Positions 13,231 through 27,469 of a DNA stretch of 64,000 bases are shown here, in pieces. Origin of the DNA: Catajapyx aquilonaris. Its lineage: Eukaryota. The notes beneath the pieces are model-generated. The model ran no database searches. It saw only the letters and a program-made list of their open reading frames with translations, and was not told the origin of the DNA. The position numbers and the translations under genes are program-made. Each line of letters starts with the position of its first letter. Positions within the stretch are counted from its first letter, which is position 1. The stretch lies in NCBI GenBank assembly GCA_000934665.2, contig KZ538008.1, positions 62,001 to 126,000 on the forward strand. The letters run 5' to 3'.

Positions 13231-13789
13231 ACTGAATTCATATTCAGTTATATGAAATTACGTCAGAACCACTTTCGTTTTTTTCGGGCACATTGGAGCA
13301 AGAAAGGTCGTCCGGTGAAATTTCAGGACGAAATGAAATGAAGTGGTATGACATTGCTAGCAGCATGTCCTGCTCAGCGAGTAAAACAGAAAAAAAAATT
13401 GCAAGTTTACACGAGTTTCACTCGCATTCGGACAAAGGTCCATTCCAGCCAAAGTGACCTCTCATTTATTTCACCTCCGGCGCCAGAAATTACCTGCGAC
13501 ATGGCTCCTCAGCGTTCCACCTACGGACCTTTTCATACCTATTAGGCCACGAGTTGGGGACAGTGAAACACCCGCGGGTCTCATCCCGGGAGCCTGTTAG
13601 CCAGAAATTCCTCTCGGGCCGCATCTCCCCGGAGTTCCTTCAAGCCCCGCAGAGTTAGTAGAAATGGCGACCTCTGCGTTAACAAACAAAAGGATAGGGG
13701 AAGACCCCAGGTCACCAACCCTTCACCCCTCTTTTTAAACTTCAGCATGTTCCAGTCCCGAGAGCCATTTTTCGGCCTGCAAATTTCCC

Positions 13790-15870
13790 TTTAAAACAGT
13801 CAGTTTTTGCCCTGGACTTGTGCCTGGTTCCTCTATCCATGTACGCTCAAATGGGGTATTGTTTGCTAGTCTTGTTTGAACAATTGGCATGACCAACATC
13901 AATGGGAGCCACGTGACGCCAGCATTTCAAAACAAACTCATCGGAATGGGGCAACACAAGAGGGGAAAAAAGCCGATACCAAACTGCGTACATGCGATGC
14001 ACCATTGATTGTCATTCATTTGAGAAAAACTGATGCTTCACTTTGACACTGTTTGTCCCACATTATCGCTGGTGTCCGGCTTGTCCCCCAGCAAAAACAA
14101 GCCAGTTTGGGTTTCAGGGTGGGGGTAGGTCCATTACCGCTCTCCTTGGGCCATTTTTCCTCTCTTGTGCAAAAATTTCCTTCCGCGCACTCACCGGAAA
14201 ATGATGATTCAGCGCCATGAACTTGCATTTAGGCATTAACTTTCGGCTCGGGTGGTGGGCATTCACAACTCGGAAACCTCATTACACCTTCGGGAGGCTA
14301 AAGCCTTTGTCATGGCTACACTGTAAATAAGGACTGGGAACTGTATATCGAGGCATGTATTTGCTTACGGGGCTTACTATTTACTAATGGGCCCGAAAAT
14401 GTCTGAAGCCAGCAACTTTGCAGAATTTCAAAGCGGCGCCACTAAGTAACGCTTTCTGCTGAAAATTCGACACAATAATGCTGGAAATACAAAGCCTCCA
14501 TAAACATTGTCGTACGCAGCTCTTGCCTCGGGGTCTTGTATCACCTTGTACACCAAACTGCACGATATGGCTGCCCTCGAGCAAAGTTTATGCAGTGTAA
14601 TTGTGCAATACTGGCATGCAGATGTCTATATACGCTCAAGAACAGCTAGCGCTTCGACAGCCGGTGGCTAAACACTTCATAAATCGATACCCATACCGCC
14701 AGCGTTTGGAGGATATGCAACTACATAACAAATAGCTGCAAAGTAATTACTTTGCATCGCAGGCACTATAAATCCGCCGCCTATTCATTGCAGGTGAGAG
14801 AAGGCATCGTTCCCTCCGCCATTTATGGCTGCGCGATATTCATTACAGAAAGCTCTCTTAATGATCGGCGTCGCTTGTCTGTCCTTGCCATCGTTAAGGC
14901 GCCTCCAGAATTACCACCAGCCCCGCTGGAGCGTCCAATCCGGCACGTATCGCGATTTACATTCCGCCATTGTAAAGAAACACAAGCGCATTCATTGATA
15001 TCTACTCAACTTCCGTTGCTTCAGCTGGGGAACTTCCGAACGAGATTCGCTTTTGTACGCCGAAAGCTAATGTAAGAAGCAACAAAAGGTACGCCTATCT
15101 CGACTAAATGGCTGTAAGAATGGTAGAATTGTCCGCTAGCGAATAGCCTTTGGCTCTATATCTCTAGATCGACTCTGCAGCAGTAATAAATTTGTACCAC
15201 CCGCCCCACCCACTATAGGTGTATTGGGACTATAGTTCGCCAGGTTGTTCGCAATTCAAGTGTTGTCCTGACCTAAGATGTCATCCATCACAAACTGTAT
15301 CTATCGCCACTGTAGTGCAGCATCTACATTACATCCTCCGCTTGGTCCGGCAGTGCAACTCTGCAGAATGTCTCCATCACGAAACATCTTCCGGAATGAC
15401 AGCGAATTTCCTGCGGGTCCAGGCGCTCCGAGGCATCATTCCTCTTCTTCTAATGTAATTTTAAGGACTCCTGGAAGCGAGCCAATCCACGCCCGGACCT
15501 CAACCCGGCCCCAAACTCGGACCTATTCGCCTTCCTTCATGCACTCCGGGTGAGAGCATATTAGAACCAGATGCTCCCCTACTAATTAAATTCTCCGGAT
15601 CCCAAGATGATGCCTCCGACCGATCATAATCAGCAAAGTGACAAATCCCACCGAAAGAAGTGGTTTTACTTAGCGATCAAAATCGGCCCCTAGTATAATT
15701 AGGCAAAACCCGAGAGATTTACGGCATCCTTCAAGCCAGCCCAAAACGGCGGGAATATTGGAACGGGTCCGTGTTGCATCTACTCGAGTGCCAATTAATT
15801 CTGCAGATAAACCTCAGCTGTTTTTACTGGCGGATTAAGGTCTCTTTCAACAGGGGATTAATCCGGGAGA
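13790..15870 (+). mobile_element. pol: R8: decayed Ty3/gypsy pol relic RT-RNaseH-integrase
   Basis: VFALDL, IGMTN..PAFQ, AYM/ at ~13990. LSHIIAGVRLVPQQKQA (~LGHIISAEGVRPDPEKVQA). WELYIEAC (~FELYTDAS), GSCITLYT, RWLN, *PKM (~WPKM), SDR. PSSQPKTAGILERV (~AYHPQTDGQTERV). Confidence 0.7.
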
Positions 15871-16269
15871 GTAAATTTCAAGGATTGTGGACTTTAGATG
15901 CGGAGAAAGTTTGAAGCGCGCAAACTTTACAATAATACAGCAGGCCCCCCGTCAGTCCCTCACCCAAACTTATGCAAAAGGCTGCCTAATGCAGGGGCCA
16001 CCCTCCGAAAAAGAAATAGTGTCGCATTTTCGGAAGCGATTACGAGGCGGGAAACCCTCGTAACTAACAAATTCGCCGCCACATCATAAAGGAGCGCCAT
16101 TACATCGGGCGGACGTCGGCAGAATGGAAGCCCCGAGAGGCCGCCCTCCCCCCCGAAAACCGCGTCTGCCCAGGACACTACAAGCTTAATTCCCGGCAAA
16201 GTACGGCCCCCACGCATGGGGCAGGTGCATCCAATGGCGCCCGGCTATAAGAGAGCCAATTTGGCTCTC

Positions 16270-17290
16270 CTTGTTGTTCCGGAAGACCCCGGGACTATAA
16301 ACAAAAGGGCCGGTGCAAGGACCCCCTCCAGGGCTTCCACCGCTGGATCAACTTGAGGTCCGGCGCAAAAAAGACGAATGGCGCCCGAGGCCAGCTCAGG
16401 GACTTGAATAGGAGTGTCTGGCAGACCGAACCCGGGGCCGGGGGGTGCCCCACTTGGAATAAAGCGAGAGTGTAGCCTCAAGCGGAGTTGCCGGAACGCA
16501 ATGAGCGAGTCAGCGGTGCGCCTCAATCGTCCAAATGAGAAACTGCGGTCCGGCAGTCACCCTCACAGCATTTGCCAACTTTGCGCGGACCCGGAATGAT
16601 GGATTCTTCTGCGGAGGGGATGGAAATCGCCGCCTGCCTCACATTACTCAGCGGCTCTGCTTGCCGCCCCTCTAATTAGCTCTTCGGGACGGATTCGCTT
16701 AGGCTTCGGAGGAAAATGTGCTCACACGCCCAACTACTTGGGACGGTCAAGCTTCGTTAGAGACACGGGCTCTCAGAATCAATCTACATTTGATTATTCT
16801 GGGTGAGGCAGAGATTGGTGCTGCGACATTTCTCATCCCCCTACATTTTTTTGAATTAAGGTGTCCACTGGCGAGTGTCTGGCTTTTCCTATGTTCGCCA
16901 GAGAAACCGATCCATTTATGTGTCGCAAACTTCTGACAAGGCTGCCAGACCTCTGAAAAGTTTTGGATGAGCCATTGACCTCCCATATCGATCTTCTCTC
17001 CTTGGTCACAACGGGGGAGTGTGCTACTACCTAATAAGAGAACAGTACTTGGGCAAGTGTACTCCAAAGTTAGAAGCAAGTACATTTGATATTCCCAGGT
17101 ACATATACTCCTCAACTTCCCTGTGAGGTTCAGTATGTAGGGACCTGCTAATCATATTAACAGTCCCCGTCAGACACAACTGCCTGGCAAGTTCCGTGCC
17201 CCAAGGGCCACGTACAAGCCACCGACTAACGCAATCATTAGTATAATTGCCCGACTCTTGAATTTCGTTATACTTTGGAAAAGCCATCTT
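16270..17290 (+). mobile_element. pol: R9: decayed Ty3/gypsy RNaseH end plus integrase relic
   Basis: PGTINKRAGA (~PGKEN.VADA), ICQLC. DGQASLETRALRINLH from 16742 (~DGQTERLNRTLEQYLR), /RDW. STGECLAFPMFARE at 16864-16905 (~STGESPAFLMFGRE). GKFRAP/QGP (~KL.P.W.GPY). Confidence 0.7.
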
Positions 17291-17649
17291 ACAATTCGTG
17301 CCGACATTATCCCTTTGGTGAGATTACCCGCATTCCCTACTCGGATGGGGAACGAGACATCTCCCAAAAGTTGGCGCTTCAGAGTCTCGCAAGCAAAATG
17401 AATGGACCCATTTTGAAGCGATCTTCATTCAGTCGTGACCCTTCAAAGAATCCTTAATGAAACGACCTTCTTGCCTGCCTTCCGGCCCAGAAGCGCACAG
17501 AAGGGAAGAAACATTCCCTGAATGCAATGGACAAGCCTATATACACTCGGGGCCGCCTCTTGGCTCCGGGACCGAAAAGCCGGCCCTTATCTCGGATGAA
17601 GTACGACTACAGTTCCACCTCCCGAAAATGAAGAGGGCCGACCGTTGTT

Positions 17650-19700
17650 AGTGGGCCGTTACACAAACCGATAAAGAAGTCCATTTATAAATTTGGGGGA
17701 AGGGGGGATACAGTGTGGTAGAGAGAAACCTACTCGGTGACCTACATGCACCCACAGTGTACAGCCACCGCCAGATGAAAAGACTCACAAAATGATGGAT
17801 GGTTAAAAGGTCAGGAGACGGAGACGTAAATTCCTCTTGATTCGTTCGCCACAATTCTCGTGGAATATCTCCAATTCCTTTTGCATCCGCAATGCAACTT
17901 GGAATTCAGTCTCCTCTGCTATTAGACAGGAAATGCTGCATTAAAATTCAATGAAGTGCCCTGTTTGAACGGAATTGGCTGCGGGTTTGAGGGGGGGGGG
18001 GGTACGTATAGGGAGGTGGAGGAAGAAAGTGGATGAAATTTCATCCGACTACTTCTGTTCCCGCCACGGCAGCTCCAAGTTGCTTTCGCCATCAATTGTG
18101 ACGGCATGTGATTGAAGATGGGTCTCAAAGGAACTCTAAAATCACAAGTCTCAGGAGTTTGCTTCCTCGCCGCTACTGAATGTAAAGCTAGAAACTTGAG
18201 ACGGTTCAAGTACTGTTTCTCGCCATGTCACTTTCTACTAGCGGGTAAAACTTGGCCGCGCCTTTTATTCCGCGCCTCTCCCCAATAAGCCAAACTTGGA
18301 CCAAATCTATTCATTTAAATGCAAATTGTTGCAAAGTGGCCTGCAGAAAACACGTCTTGAAGTGAGCTGCCTCGGAGATTTCTCTACCTCAACCTGTCGT
18401 TCGTATGTATCAGGTCAACAACATGACCCCTGCCCCGCATATGCATATAATTAGCCGAGCGAAAATTAAACTCTAAATGCATTGTGGCAGAAAAGGCTCT
18501 AGGCCTCACTGTTACACAGGGCCGATTCCGTGATCAATATTAAATCCAGAACAAGCGATTGATTAATTACTTGTTTACTCTTTAGCTGCTTGTTCACCTC
18601 CGCAGGCGAATTTAAGAACAAGGTCGTAAAATCGCCAAAACGAGCAATAAAAATGTGCAAACTCCACAAGACGGCCTCCAGCACGTTTTATACGCAAATG
18701 GTCAACATTGTAACCCGGTGTAAGTGTCAATTAGGGACGCATTACTGCAAAATGTATCGCCACATTACCTACCCAGCGCCAACGCACCTTTATGGACACA
18801 CTCCTGGAGTCACGAGTTCAATTACACCATTCGACAAAATTATGGCAAAAAGAACGTAACTGCCATAAATTTCAGGCAGGATACAATATAGCGCAAAATT
18901 CCTTCCTCCAGGAGTCCCCGCCTTCGTATAACACCACCTCACGTTTTTCACACCAGACATTAGTTGCCATCTTGGGAGAGAAGCGAGAGAGAGCGCGCAC
19001 AGTTCCAGCTCTTTACTTATGCAAAACCCATCGGCTACTCCCGGAATGATAGTGTAGCAGCGTTATCTGCTCGTATTAATTCACCTCCCCCATTATTCCG
19101 TGTTTAGATGCCAGGGCCCAGATCCAGGCTATTTCCACCAACATCGCTCCAATTCTGTGCCCGGATTTCGCAATTAGTTTCCAGACCCACAAGTTGCTCC
19201 TTGGGCTCCAAACGGCTTATAAAGCTGACAGCCTTCAGGGAGAGTGAGAGACTACAGGCTTCAAATCCTGAATAGACAAGTTGGGCTTCCTGCTTATAAA
19301 ATAAAAAAACGCGCCTAATTATACTAAGATGTGAATCTAAAGAGGCTTCTTCTCCATACATGATTCAAGGCTCTGAGAGTAAGTCCAGTACTCTTACTCA
19401 CATCCTCCCCAAGAAGCTTCCTGCGAATGCCAGCTTGAGGCCTTATCCACACCCCATTTTTGCAGACTGCTCATGCCCCCCTGCCCAACTCCATTACCGT
19501 CCTCGCTACTTTCTCGCCCAAAAGCTCCCAGATCCCCCCCCCCCTCCCCCCTGGCGGAAAGAGCTTTCTGATTGGTATTCGCTAGGCGCCTCGCCTTTTC
19601 TCCAGGATTTAACATTTTCTTCGTGCTCGTGATCAAAACCGGACAAACCTAGGAAAAATCTTAGGGTTCTCAAACTTGTGGTCGATACCATATTTTTTTT
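17650..19700 (+). mobile_element. pol: R10: decayed Ty3/gypsy pol relic RT-RNaseH-integrase
   Basis: HKPIKKSIYK, KFNEVP, VDEI (~VDDI, ~18030), LKMGLK..VCFLA, LFTSAGEF, KMYRH. HEFNYTIRQNYGKKNVTA (~QEFDYTI.Y.PGKKNVVA). RLFPPTSL..LGSKR, SQTCG. Confidence 0.55.
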
Positions 19701-20299
19701 ACCCCATTCTCGCTTTCCACAACTCCCCACTACGGGCATTAACCTGATAAAGTAGTAGAGAGGATGAAGCCTGGTGCGCGTGGACTGATCGGTTTGACCT
19801 ATACCCTTCAGCTATATGGACCTGATATGACATATTACTGTCTATCGATACGTAATTTTCACTGAATGAAACTATTGAATATAGGGGCAAAAAAAAATCA
19901 GCAAAGTGCAGGAAAAGTGCATAAATTAAAAAATTCACACAAAATTGACGATTCTTAAAATTATGTGAAACTTCAGAGTGCTCTTAGATGAGTATTCCCA
20001 CTGCCCCTACCCTACCCACTGTCATGTCTAACCAAAAACCCTGGCCCCCTCCCCAGAAAGGACCACGCCCACATCATCACCCGGCGATTACTCTTCCTAA
20101 CGAACTAGAAGCAGGTCCAGAACTCCATATTGGTGCGAAATAGGCGCGTCGATCTTGTTCCTTCCGTCTAAATAATTGGACAAATTGCCTCAGCGTCGAC
20201 GCATCCAGGCCTAAATCATGCTCCGCATTTTCGGTCCCCTTGAATTTAGGTCGCAAGACGACAGACAATACATTACAAAGTCTGCCTAATTATGTCGAC

Positions 20300-21382
20300 T
20301 ATTCCAATTTTTCTCTCTCTTCACCCCTCCTAAAAAATAAAAAAAAATCCGGGCCTCTGAAAAATCGATTCTTGCAGGAGTTGGTGGTGCATGTAAAGTC
20401 GTGCAGTAATGAGGCCCCTAAATTTACGCAGCCGAGCTGCATCTGCTCCTCATCGACGTGCGTCTTCCTTCCCTTGCCTTTGGGACGTGCGACGCTCCGA
20501 AATTAATTCCCTAGCGAATGAAGGTGCAAATTCGCTTAAGAAATTGAGCCATCTTTGATGAGCCTCCAGCCCCTCCTCCTCCTTATCACATCCCCATTAA
20601 GCCCTGCCCCGTCCTCTGCAGCCCAAATCTGATGGCCCCATGCAGCATCCTCATAAACCTTCCTTGCAGCAAACTTCCCGGAGACATCCGGGAGCTTTCC
20701 TCCCAGCTTGTGCTTTGTGCCATCCTCCCCCATCCCGCCTCCTCCAAAACCTCTTCATAAACCAGCCTCGTGTCACTGGCACCAAGGGCGTTACCTGCTG
20801 CTTCTATGTGAAATCTGCTCAGAATTGGTGGTGGCCATCATGTTATGCGCGACCCCAGGCCTATATCCTCAGGTGCCGCATTTATAAAGCACTACCTCCC
20901 CCGTAGGCTGAAGTCCCTCAGGGGGTAATAAAGCGGATTTTATAAAGCGTAACTGTTCATCTAGCTGCGCCAATACCGGGCCTCCGCACTAGGTGTGTTT
21001 CGCCAAATGTAATCAATTTGTGACGAATCTGTTGCAGTGTTCGTTATACATGTAGGGTCCCACAAAAGTAATTTTTTATGCAAAATATGCCAGAACAATT
21101 GCAGATCATGTTGAAACGTGCATGATGGATCCACGTGATTACATGATGAAATCATGGGCTGCAACGCCACTTACCAAGATACGAGGAACGTACGTACTTC
21201 CCTTCTCCATGGCGCATGGTTAATATTAATGAAACAAGCCATAACATTTCACATATAAAACAGATTTAATATGACACATAAATAGATGACAATTAAGTCG
21301 ACCACACTGTGAATCAGCAAAATTTTGGTGCATTTGATCTATGTTCCAATAATGTTTCGTTTTGACCATGCGATATATCCAG

Positions 21383-21414
<32 letters not shown>

Positions 21415-22060
21415 AGCTTGCAATGCTGTCATTGCAATTCACTCGCGTCAAAACCTTTCAATTTCATGTATAGCTGTGCCTCGCCCGCCATGCTGCGAGC
21501 TTCTGCCTCAAATGGCAGGATACGATCAATTCTTGAAGCGAAGTAGTTGCGACCAGTTCTGCAGTGCTGGTGGTGTGGCGAAAAGTGGGATGCATCAGCG
21601 CAATGGCCTATTTTTACAAAGCCGGCTTGACGTGCCGCAACCAGGATGCCAAAAGGGCACATTGTGCGTGGAGCGAAACACCTATATAGGCCTTCCTCGT
21701 AAAACAAAAAAAAATGTGCAATTTATACTTTAAAAAATTTCGTTAATTTGCATTTCAAGTAATTAAAAGCTCGCGAGCAGAAAATTACGTTGGTTGAGAA
21801 TATTTTACTGGTATATGGAGAACCGCCACAAGAGTAAACTTCAAAGGAAATGTGGCCTCAAGTTCCACACTAATCTCCTACCATTGTGTACTTACGCTGA
21901 AACTTCCTAAATTAACTATGCAACAGCTTTAAAATTATTGCCCTTCCAAGGTAATGGATAACGGTCATGTTATTGCGGTGGCTCAGGTGCTCTCCTAGCC
22001 TATCAATAATAAACACGGTGTAGGGATTATTTATGCCTCGCAGCATCGTGTGCCTCCCTT
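20300..22060 (+). mobile_element. pol: R11: decayed Ty3/gypsy pol relic RT-(RNaseH)-integrase, interrupted by a CAA microsatellite
   Basis: SSPLLKNKKKSGPL (~SSPVLLVKKKDGSL), PLPLG..TL, GANSLKKL, RLLQN. IYVPIMFR..LQCCHCNSLASKP (~LYVP..LR..LQECHD.PLAGHP). PQM..SCDQFC, GLFLQ..DVP..IGLPRK, ENILLVYGEP, DYLCLA. Confidence 0.7.
21385..21414 (+). repeat. (CAA)10 microsatellite
   Basis: Ten perfect CAA units read directly from the sequence. It explains the polyQ, polyN and polyL runs in the overlapping ORFs. Confidence 0.95.
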
Positions 22061-23479
22061 GCTTTTCACGACCAACTTGTGCGCAACTAGCTATTGCTTA
22101 GCAAATGCTTCCGACAAAAGCGACGGAGAACGTTTGCAGTGCACAATAAGCGGCGGTAAAATAATTGTAAAGGACATGAGTCCACTGTAAGCAAGTTGCA
22201 AAGTCCTAGGGGTTTTGAGGATTTCCCTCACTGAGCGCTTGGTTCTCTTTCGCGAAGGTAAAGGATTTACAAGTGAGCTGGTTCACTGTTATGACTGAGT
22301 AGGTCAAGTTCTAGTCATATGTACAATAGTAACTAACAATGTCGAGCACTAAGTCCTAAAGCATTTACCCAGATTGGCTGATTTGGATCATGTGACTAGC
22401 AAGGATGCCAATTTCAACTGCCAATTAAGACGGCATTCAACTTTCACGGTAATATATGCCATTAACATTAATCTAAACAGTTACGGTATTATGCAGAGTT
22501 ACAGCCCTAAGTGTCGTCTCTCCGTCTCCTCCTTATTAGTGTGCCAGTCATCAGAAATAATTAACATTGCTTTTGAATCACCCGCACCGGAGGCACTTGC
22601 ATAAGGCCTCTGCTTTAATTATGCACGAGAAGCAAAACAAACCGAAGTGTCTCACATTTAATGCTGTTGCAGGTGTTATTTTTCCTTTCCATCCCACCGC
22701 CATGCTCTCTGGGAATGCACTCACATGTTAAGCACGCCGTATTTATTATGCCCCGTTTCGAATATATAGTGTTACTTTATCTGACGCCAGGCATGAAACC
22801 TTACCAGCTGGAATGACATCTGAATCAAAGAACTGACGTGAAAATGAATTCCCCTCGACTCATAATGAAGAACCGATATAGATGATGAAAATCCATTCCC
22901 AAATTAAGTTGGTGAAACCACAGCCTGTGCCGTGGGCAAATCTCCTGGGGTGCGCGGCAGCCTTAATTCCTGCATCCCAACCCTCAGTGGGATTTCCACC
23001 CCCCTCCCACCACCCCACCTCCAACCCTATCTCCCTCTTTCCCGCCACTAATTACACCCTATGAACAAGGGACACGCTATATCTCACTTTGTCCGTGATA
23101 AAACGCTCCCCTGATAAGACCCGTATTGCAAACGTCACATGGGACCTTCTGCCTATAACTTCACCGCACAAAAACAAAAGAGCAGAGGCCTGCATATTTG
23201 AGAAGCTCCAGAAGTACATGCATTAAAGTCTACGAAGCTATGTCTACGAAACAGTTGTAATCAAATCCTCATAATGTTATCAGTTTCACTCGCACTAATT
23301 CCATGCACGCATGTCATACTTGCGACTGTATGTCGTCCCTAAAGCACTTCATGTAATCGATCCAGTAATTCCATGCAGTAAATCTGCTTAGTGAGAAAGA
23401 GTTTTTACGATCCCACCGCATCACTCTTAGAAGGCTTCATCATCTGGAGCACTGCTTCAAGGCAGACAACAAAATAATT

Positions 23480-25340
23480 AAATAGCAAGAGCTGTGGCTC
23501 TTCCTTCTTTAAGTACGTTGTTTTGGTGGCGAAAGCAATTTGTTTGGATACTGCACCGGTACAAACGTAATTTTGCTTCCAGCACTGCTTTATAATTCTC
23601 TCTTGCGTTTCAGCCCAGTCACGTCAAGCAGGTCGGGTATTATTCAAGACCTGATGTCTCATTACTTTCACTGCTCCTATTGACCACACCATGATGGACG
23701 CACTTCCAAGCGAAAATATTATCCTGGCTATGCAGTGCCTCCCAACAGCCTCTCTTGTGCGCCAAAAAGCCTAAGAAGCAGGGGCTCAACCCCCAACGCA
23801 TTCTCAGTTGAAATGTTCAATATCCCTGGCACTGTACAGTACAATACTGCAGTGAGCAGTTATATCACCCATCGATCCCGGTTCGCCGACCTAATAAAAC
23901 GCTGCTGATGGTCAGTAGTAACAGCATATGCGCATTTCATCTGAATTGACAGCGCCAATTAGACAAATACTCCGACTCATCCCAGTAGGTCGCAAAACGC
24001 CCGTCAAATTACAAAACGAGAGAAAAAAAAAATCTGCCCGTGACACTTCTCTGGGAACATCCACCATCTGCCCACCTCCACTAAACCAACAATTGAAGTC
24101 CCGTTTCCTTCATCAACCCCGGTCTAAAACCAATCCGAAAAAATTCATAATTTCAGAGCCATTCCCCCCATAATACGGTGCAACATGGACTCCCGGTAAT
24201 TCGGTTTCCCCCTCACAATTTTTTCAACACGCGATACGTTATGCAATTAGGCCAGCAAGCCCGCTGATTGGCGCATAGCCATGGGAAATGCAAACTGCCT
24301 GGGCGAATCTGCAATTCTCAGATGGCTTTCTCCCGAGACTGCGCGTCTCCCTCTCCCGCGACATTGCAAAGTGGCCACTTCCGATACACGCCAAAGGAAG
24401 TTAGTTTCCCTGCTCGTTCTAGCGCTCACTCCTAATGGCCCCAGTTCCAAGTGCCTTCCCCCAGCTATGCCTACCAGAAACGGCAAATACCGTTTTAATC
24501 CAGTAGCGGTTTCGTACCCAAAATGTGTAAGATCCGACTAAGGACAACATATTAACTTTCCCGCGTTCAAACCATCTAAAAAAAGAGAGAGAGAGCATGG
24601 TTTAGTTTTCATTGGACGCAGCGAATCGGCATAAACCCGGCATAACTCGATGCCAAATTGGCTGCAGGCTGGGTGTGCCCATGTTGCGGTTTGCAATTAA
24701 CCTGCCTAATACGGCGGTGGGAGGGGCATCCAAATCACTTGTATGAAAAATCACGTCCGCAGATGGCACTTCCTCCTCCTATCAAAACCTGTCCAGTACA
24801 CCAAATCCATCACTTGCCCACCGGACAGCTCGGTCCAGCAGCTGTCACGCCATCACTCCGACTGTTTTTTACGAGCCCCAATCGACAATTCATGCCCAGA
24901 TTAATAGACCACCCTACACATGCAAAAACGTGCTGGCAGTTCCAGCACGCCACCTTAGACAAACCCAAAATTTGTGTCAGGAAATATGGAGCCGGATAAT
25001 GTCTTTAGCAAGCGAATTGCCAGTCACACCCGAAATAATACATGATAAATATAATATCCGGGTAAATACGGTATCTATCTTGATACGGGTCGTCAAGGTT
25101 GGGAACGAGCTCGTCGTCAGGGAACCGATCTTAATGAGCGCCGACAAGGCCGGGAGCAAACTCCGGGGAAAATTGAAACACAAGCAGCAGTTATGCCATC
25201 AGGAGGGGCTGCTCTCATCGCCAAGAAAATCATAAAACAGTTATTTGCAACCCGTGAGCCTGCAGGATTACCTACCCTCGGCACTTGATCACTACTTATC
25301 CGCAGTAATTGGCTCGCCTTCAGCACTCGCGCCAGCAAGA
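23480..25340 (+). mobile_element. pol: R12: decayed Ty3/gypsy pol relic RT C-terminus-RNaseH-integrase
   Basis: YVV..AICLD..V, VGYYSR, TAPI, VTAYA, DKYS, GNAN..ILR, HGLVF. PQM..IKTCPVHQ (~WPQM..IKTCPVCQ), LIDHPT, RKYG, DYLPSAL..Y. Confidence 0.6.
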
Positions 25341-25789
25341 ACTAGCTCGTTACCGTTCCCCCCAGAAACTATATATCAACAAATGGTTATTTTGAAAATG
25401 AGAAAACGCACGCCCCCAAAAATGTCCAATTTTATGCATTTGAACTAGAGGGACATCATTCGCTCGATTTTTTTCTATCCTTTGAGGAGCATTCAATTCC
25501 GCTCCAGGCTGCGCCGTTTTCGCCCAAAGCCTAGCCGACACATTTATTACGCTCTAATTAGCGCTGTTATGCCCCTTCTACCCCCTCCCCGCTGTCCAAT
25601 TTATCCCTTTCTTCCCTTCGGGCCATTTGAAAGGAATGCGGTGCACAGAGCAAGCACAAAACGTACACACACCGGGCCAGTTTTTCTTTTCAGCCGCGAC
25701 ATTAATTTGTCCGCGAGGGGGAGGGGGGGGGGGGACTCATTTCTGGACGGCTTGGCATACACAAGCCAAGTCTCCCAACAAAGAGGATG

Positions 25790-26840
25790 CTACGGCTAGA
25801 GGGGGGAAAAAAAGCACACAGCCAGAATATCTCGCAACAGCAAACATATCCATGTGTCGCTGGACCTGACGCGAGTGGTAATGAACCTAGGCCCCTGGGC
25901 CAACCACCAATCGCAAAGGATGTTCCATCTAATGGACTCCCTAAGGGTCTTACAGTGGGGGAGGACTCTAATTACGCAGCTCCCATCCCTCCCTTCCACC
26001 TCTGTCCCCAAGAGCACAATGTTGGCCAAGTGCAGGCGAGTCTACTTTGATGCTGCAGATCACAGATTCTTTGGAGTCCGGGACTCACAACTGGCGTTCC
26101 TGCACCACATGCTACGCTTGGATTGCCAAAAGCTGGTCCAAAATGTGTCGCAAAAGTCCGATTTGATAGAAGGTGATGCACGAAGATTTCGCAGCATGTA
26201 CGACACAAACGCATCAGTAGGTTTCCCACCGAACATGCCATGCAGAAACATACAACAACACTGCTCATTCCCACTCACCACATACATTCAAAAAGTTACG
26301 TGAACCCATCATAATCCCCTGCACTTGCCATTTATCCCACAAAAATTTGCCAGTGCATCACGTCACTGTTCATTTCCCACCATTACTATCCTGCAGCTTA
26401 ACGCCAACAATGTTGACACCCGACGTCTCCTCTCTCTTGAAGTCCCCGAGAGTTAATTGTAAAATGTTTCATGTTAATCAAATCCCGCCTCCCTCGAGAC
26501 TATAGAAGCGCAACCGAGTTCCATTCGAGTCCCGAGGTTCTCCAGGGGCATAGACCCCCAACGTTATACACATTAGCACGCTGCCTGGTTTTGGTAATCG
26601 GAACCACAAGCTCGCGCGGGAATCAAAATATTTCCTAAACCATCCACGCTCGACCTCATTCCTCGAAAAAAAAAAAAAAAAACTCAGTACGGCGCGGCGA
26701 CTTCGAACAAAACGCTGGAAAAAATGGCCGCCCCCTTGAAATTCATCATGCCCAGCCCTCAATATTTACTCTACTTCTGTCCAATCAATTATCCTCCCGA
26801 GATCTCACCCCGGCCTTGTCTTTTCGGATCGTTTCTACCT
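25790..26840 (+). mobile_element. pol: R13: decayed Ty3/gypsy integrase relic
   Basis: VPK..R..FDAADH..FGVR..L..VQ..SDL (zinc-binding domain spacing). LHLPFIPQKICQCITSLFI (~LHPLPIP..PW..IT.DFI), RGSP. NHPRSTSFLEK (~YHPQSNG..ER), ISP..LFG. Confidence 0.6.
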
Positions 26841-27469
26841 CAGCGCAGGATCAACTTGAGACGTGCCTTGTCAGAACCGGCACCTTTTGCACCAGCTTTT
26901 CCCTTTCCAAAAGAAACCGGTTCGATAAACACAGCCTGGTTAAAACAAAGCGCGTAGTTTTAATTTTCCGCCAATTTCTTAGTATAATCAAGAACCGCTT
27001 ACGACTTTCGAAACTTTTCGCCTAGCTTTTCTGCCACATCACCGCTTGGCAAAAAAAGATCAATTATTAACTCCCGTTCGGTTACAAACTTTCACTCTTT
27101 CAAGTTTTATACACACAGCCTGACAGCAGCGAAATATCAGTAAGGGGAATGAAAGGAGCACCGTGGCAATACTTCGGTTCCTACGGTGAATTTAAGGGCT
27201 CGAAAGTCAATTTTAACACTCTATGACCTTTTACAAGCTCGATTTGCCCCTACAGTAAAACCTTTTTTATAGCCCCCAAGAAAAAGGGGGTCAAAGATTT
27301 TAAAGGGAAATATTCCGCCGCAGTATCACTGCCGCATATTTCATTTAAATATTTTCACATAAAATTACACAAATTGCTGCATCATATTTGCTTAGTACGG
27401 CAGGTACAATACAGCATCATATTCATTTCTCTGAAATACGGATTCGCAGACGGTCGCGCCAGGAGATGC

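Noticed and set aside
20536..20733. Protein-like minus-strand ORF (MGEDGTKHKLGG..)
   Set aside because: It is antisense to the R11 RT region, short, and shows no recognisable homology.
24930..25235. F-box-like phrase LCQEIWSRIMSL
   Set aside because: It lies within the R12 integrase relic and is a single weak resemblance with no gene structure.
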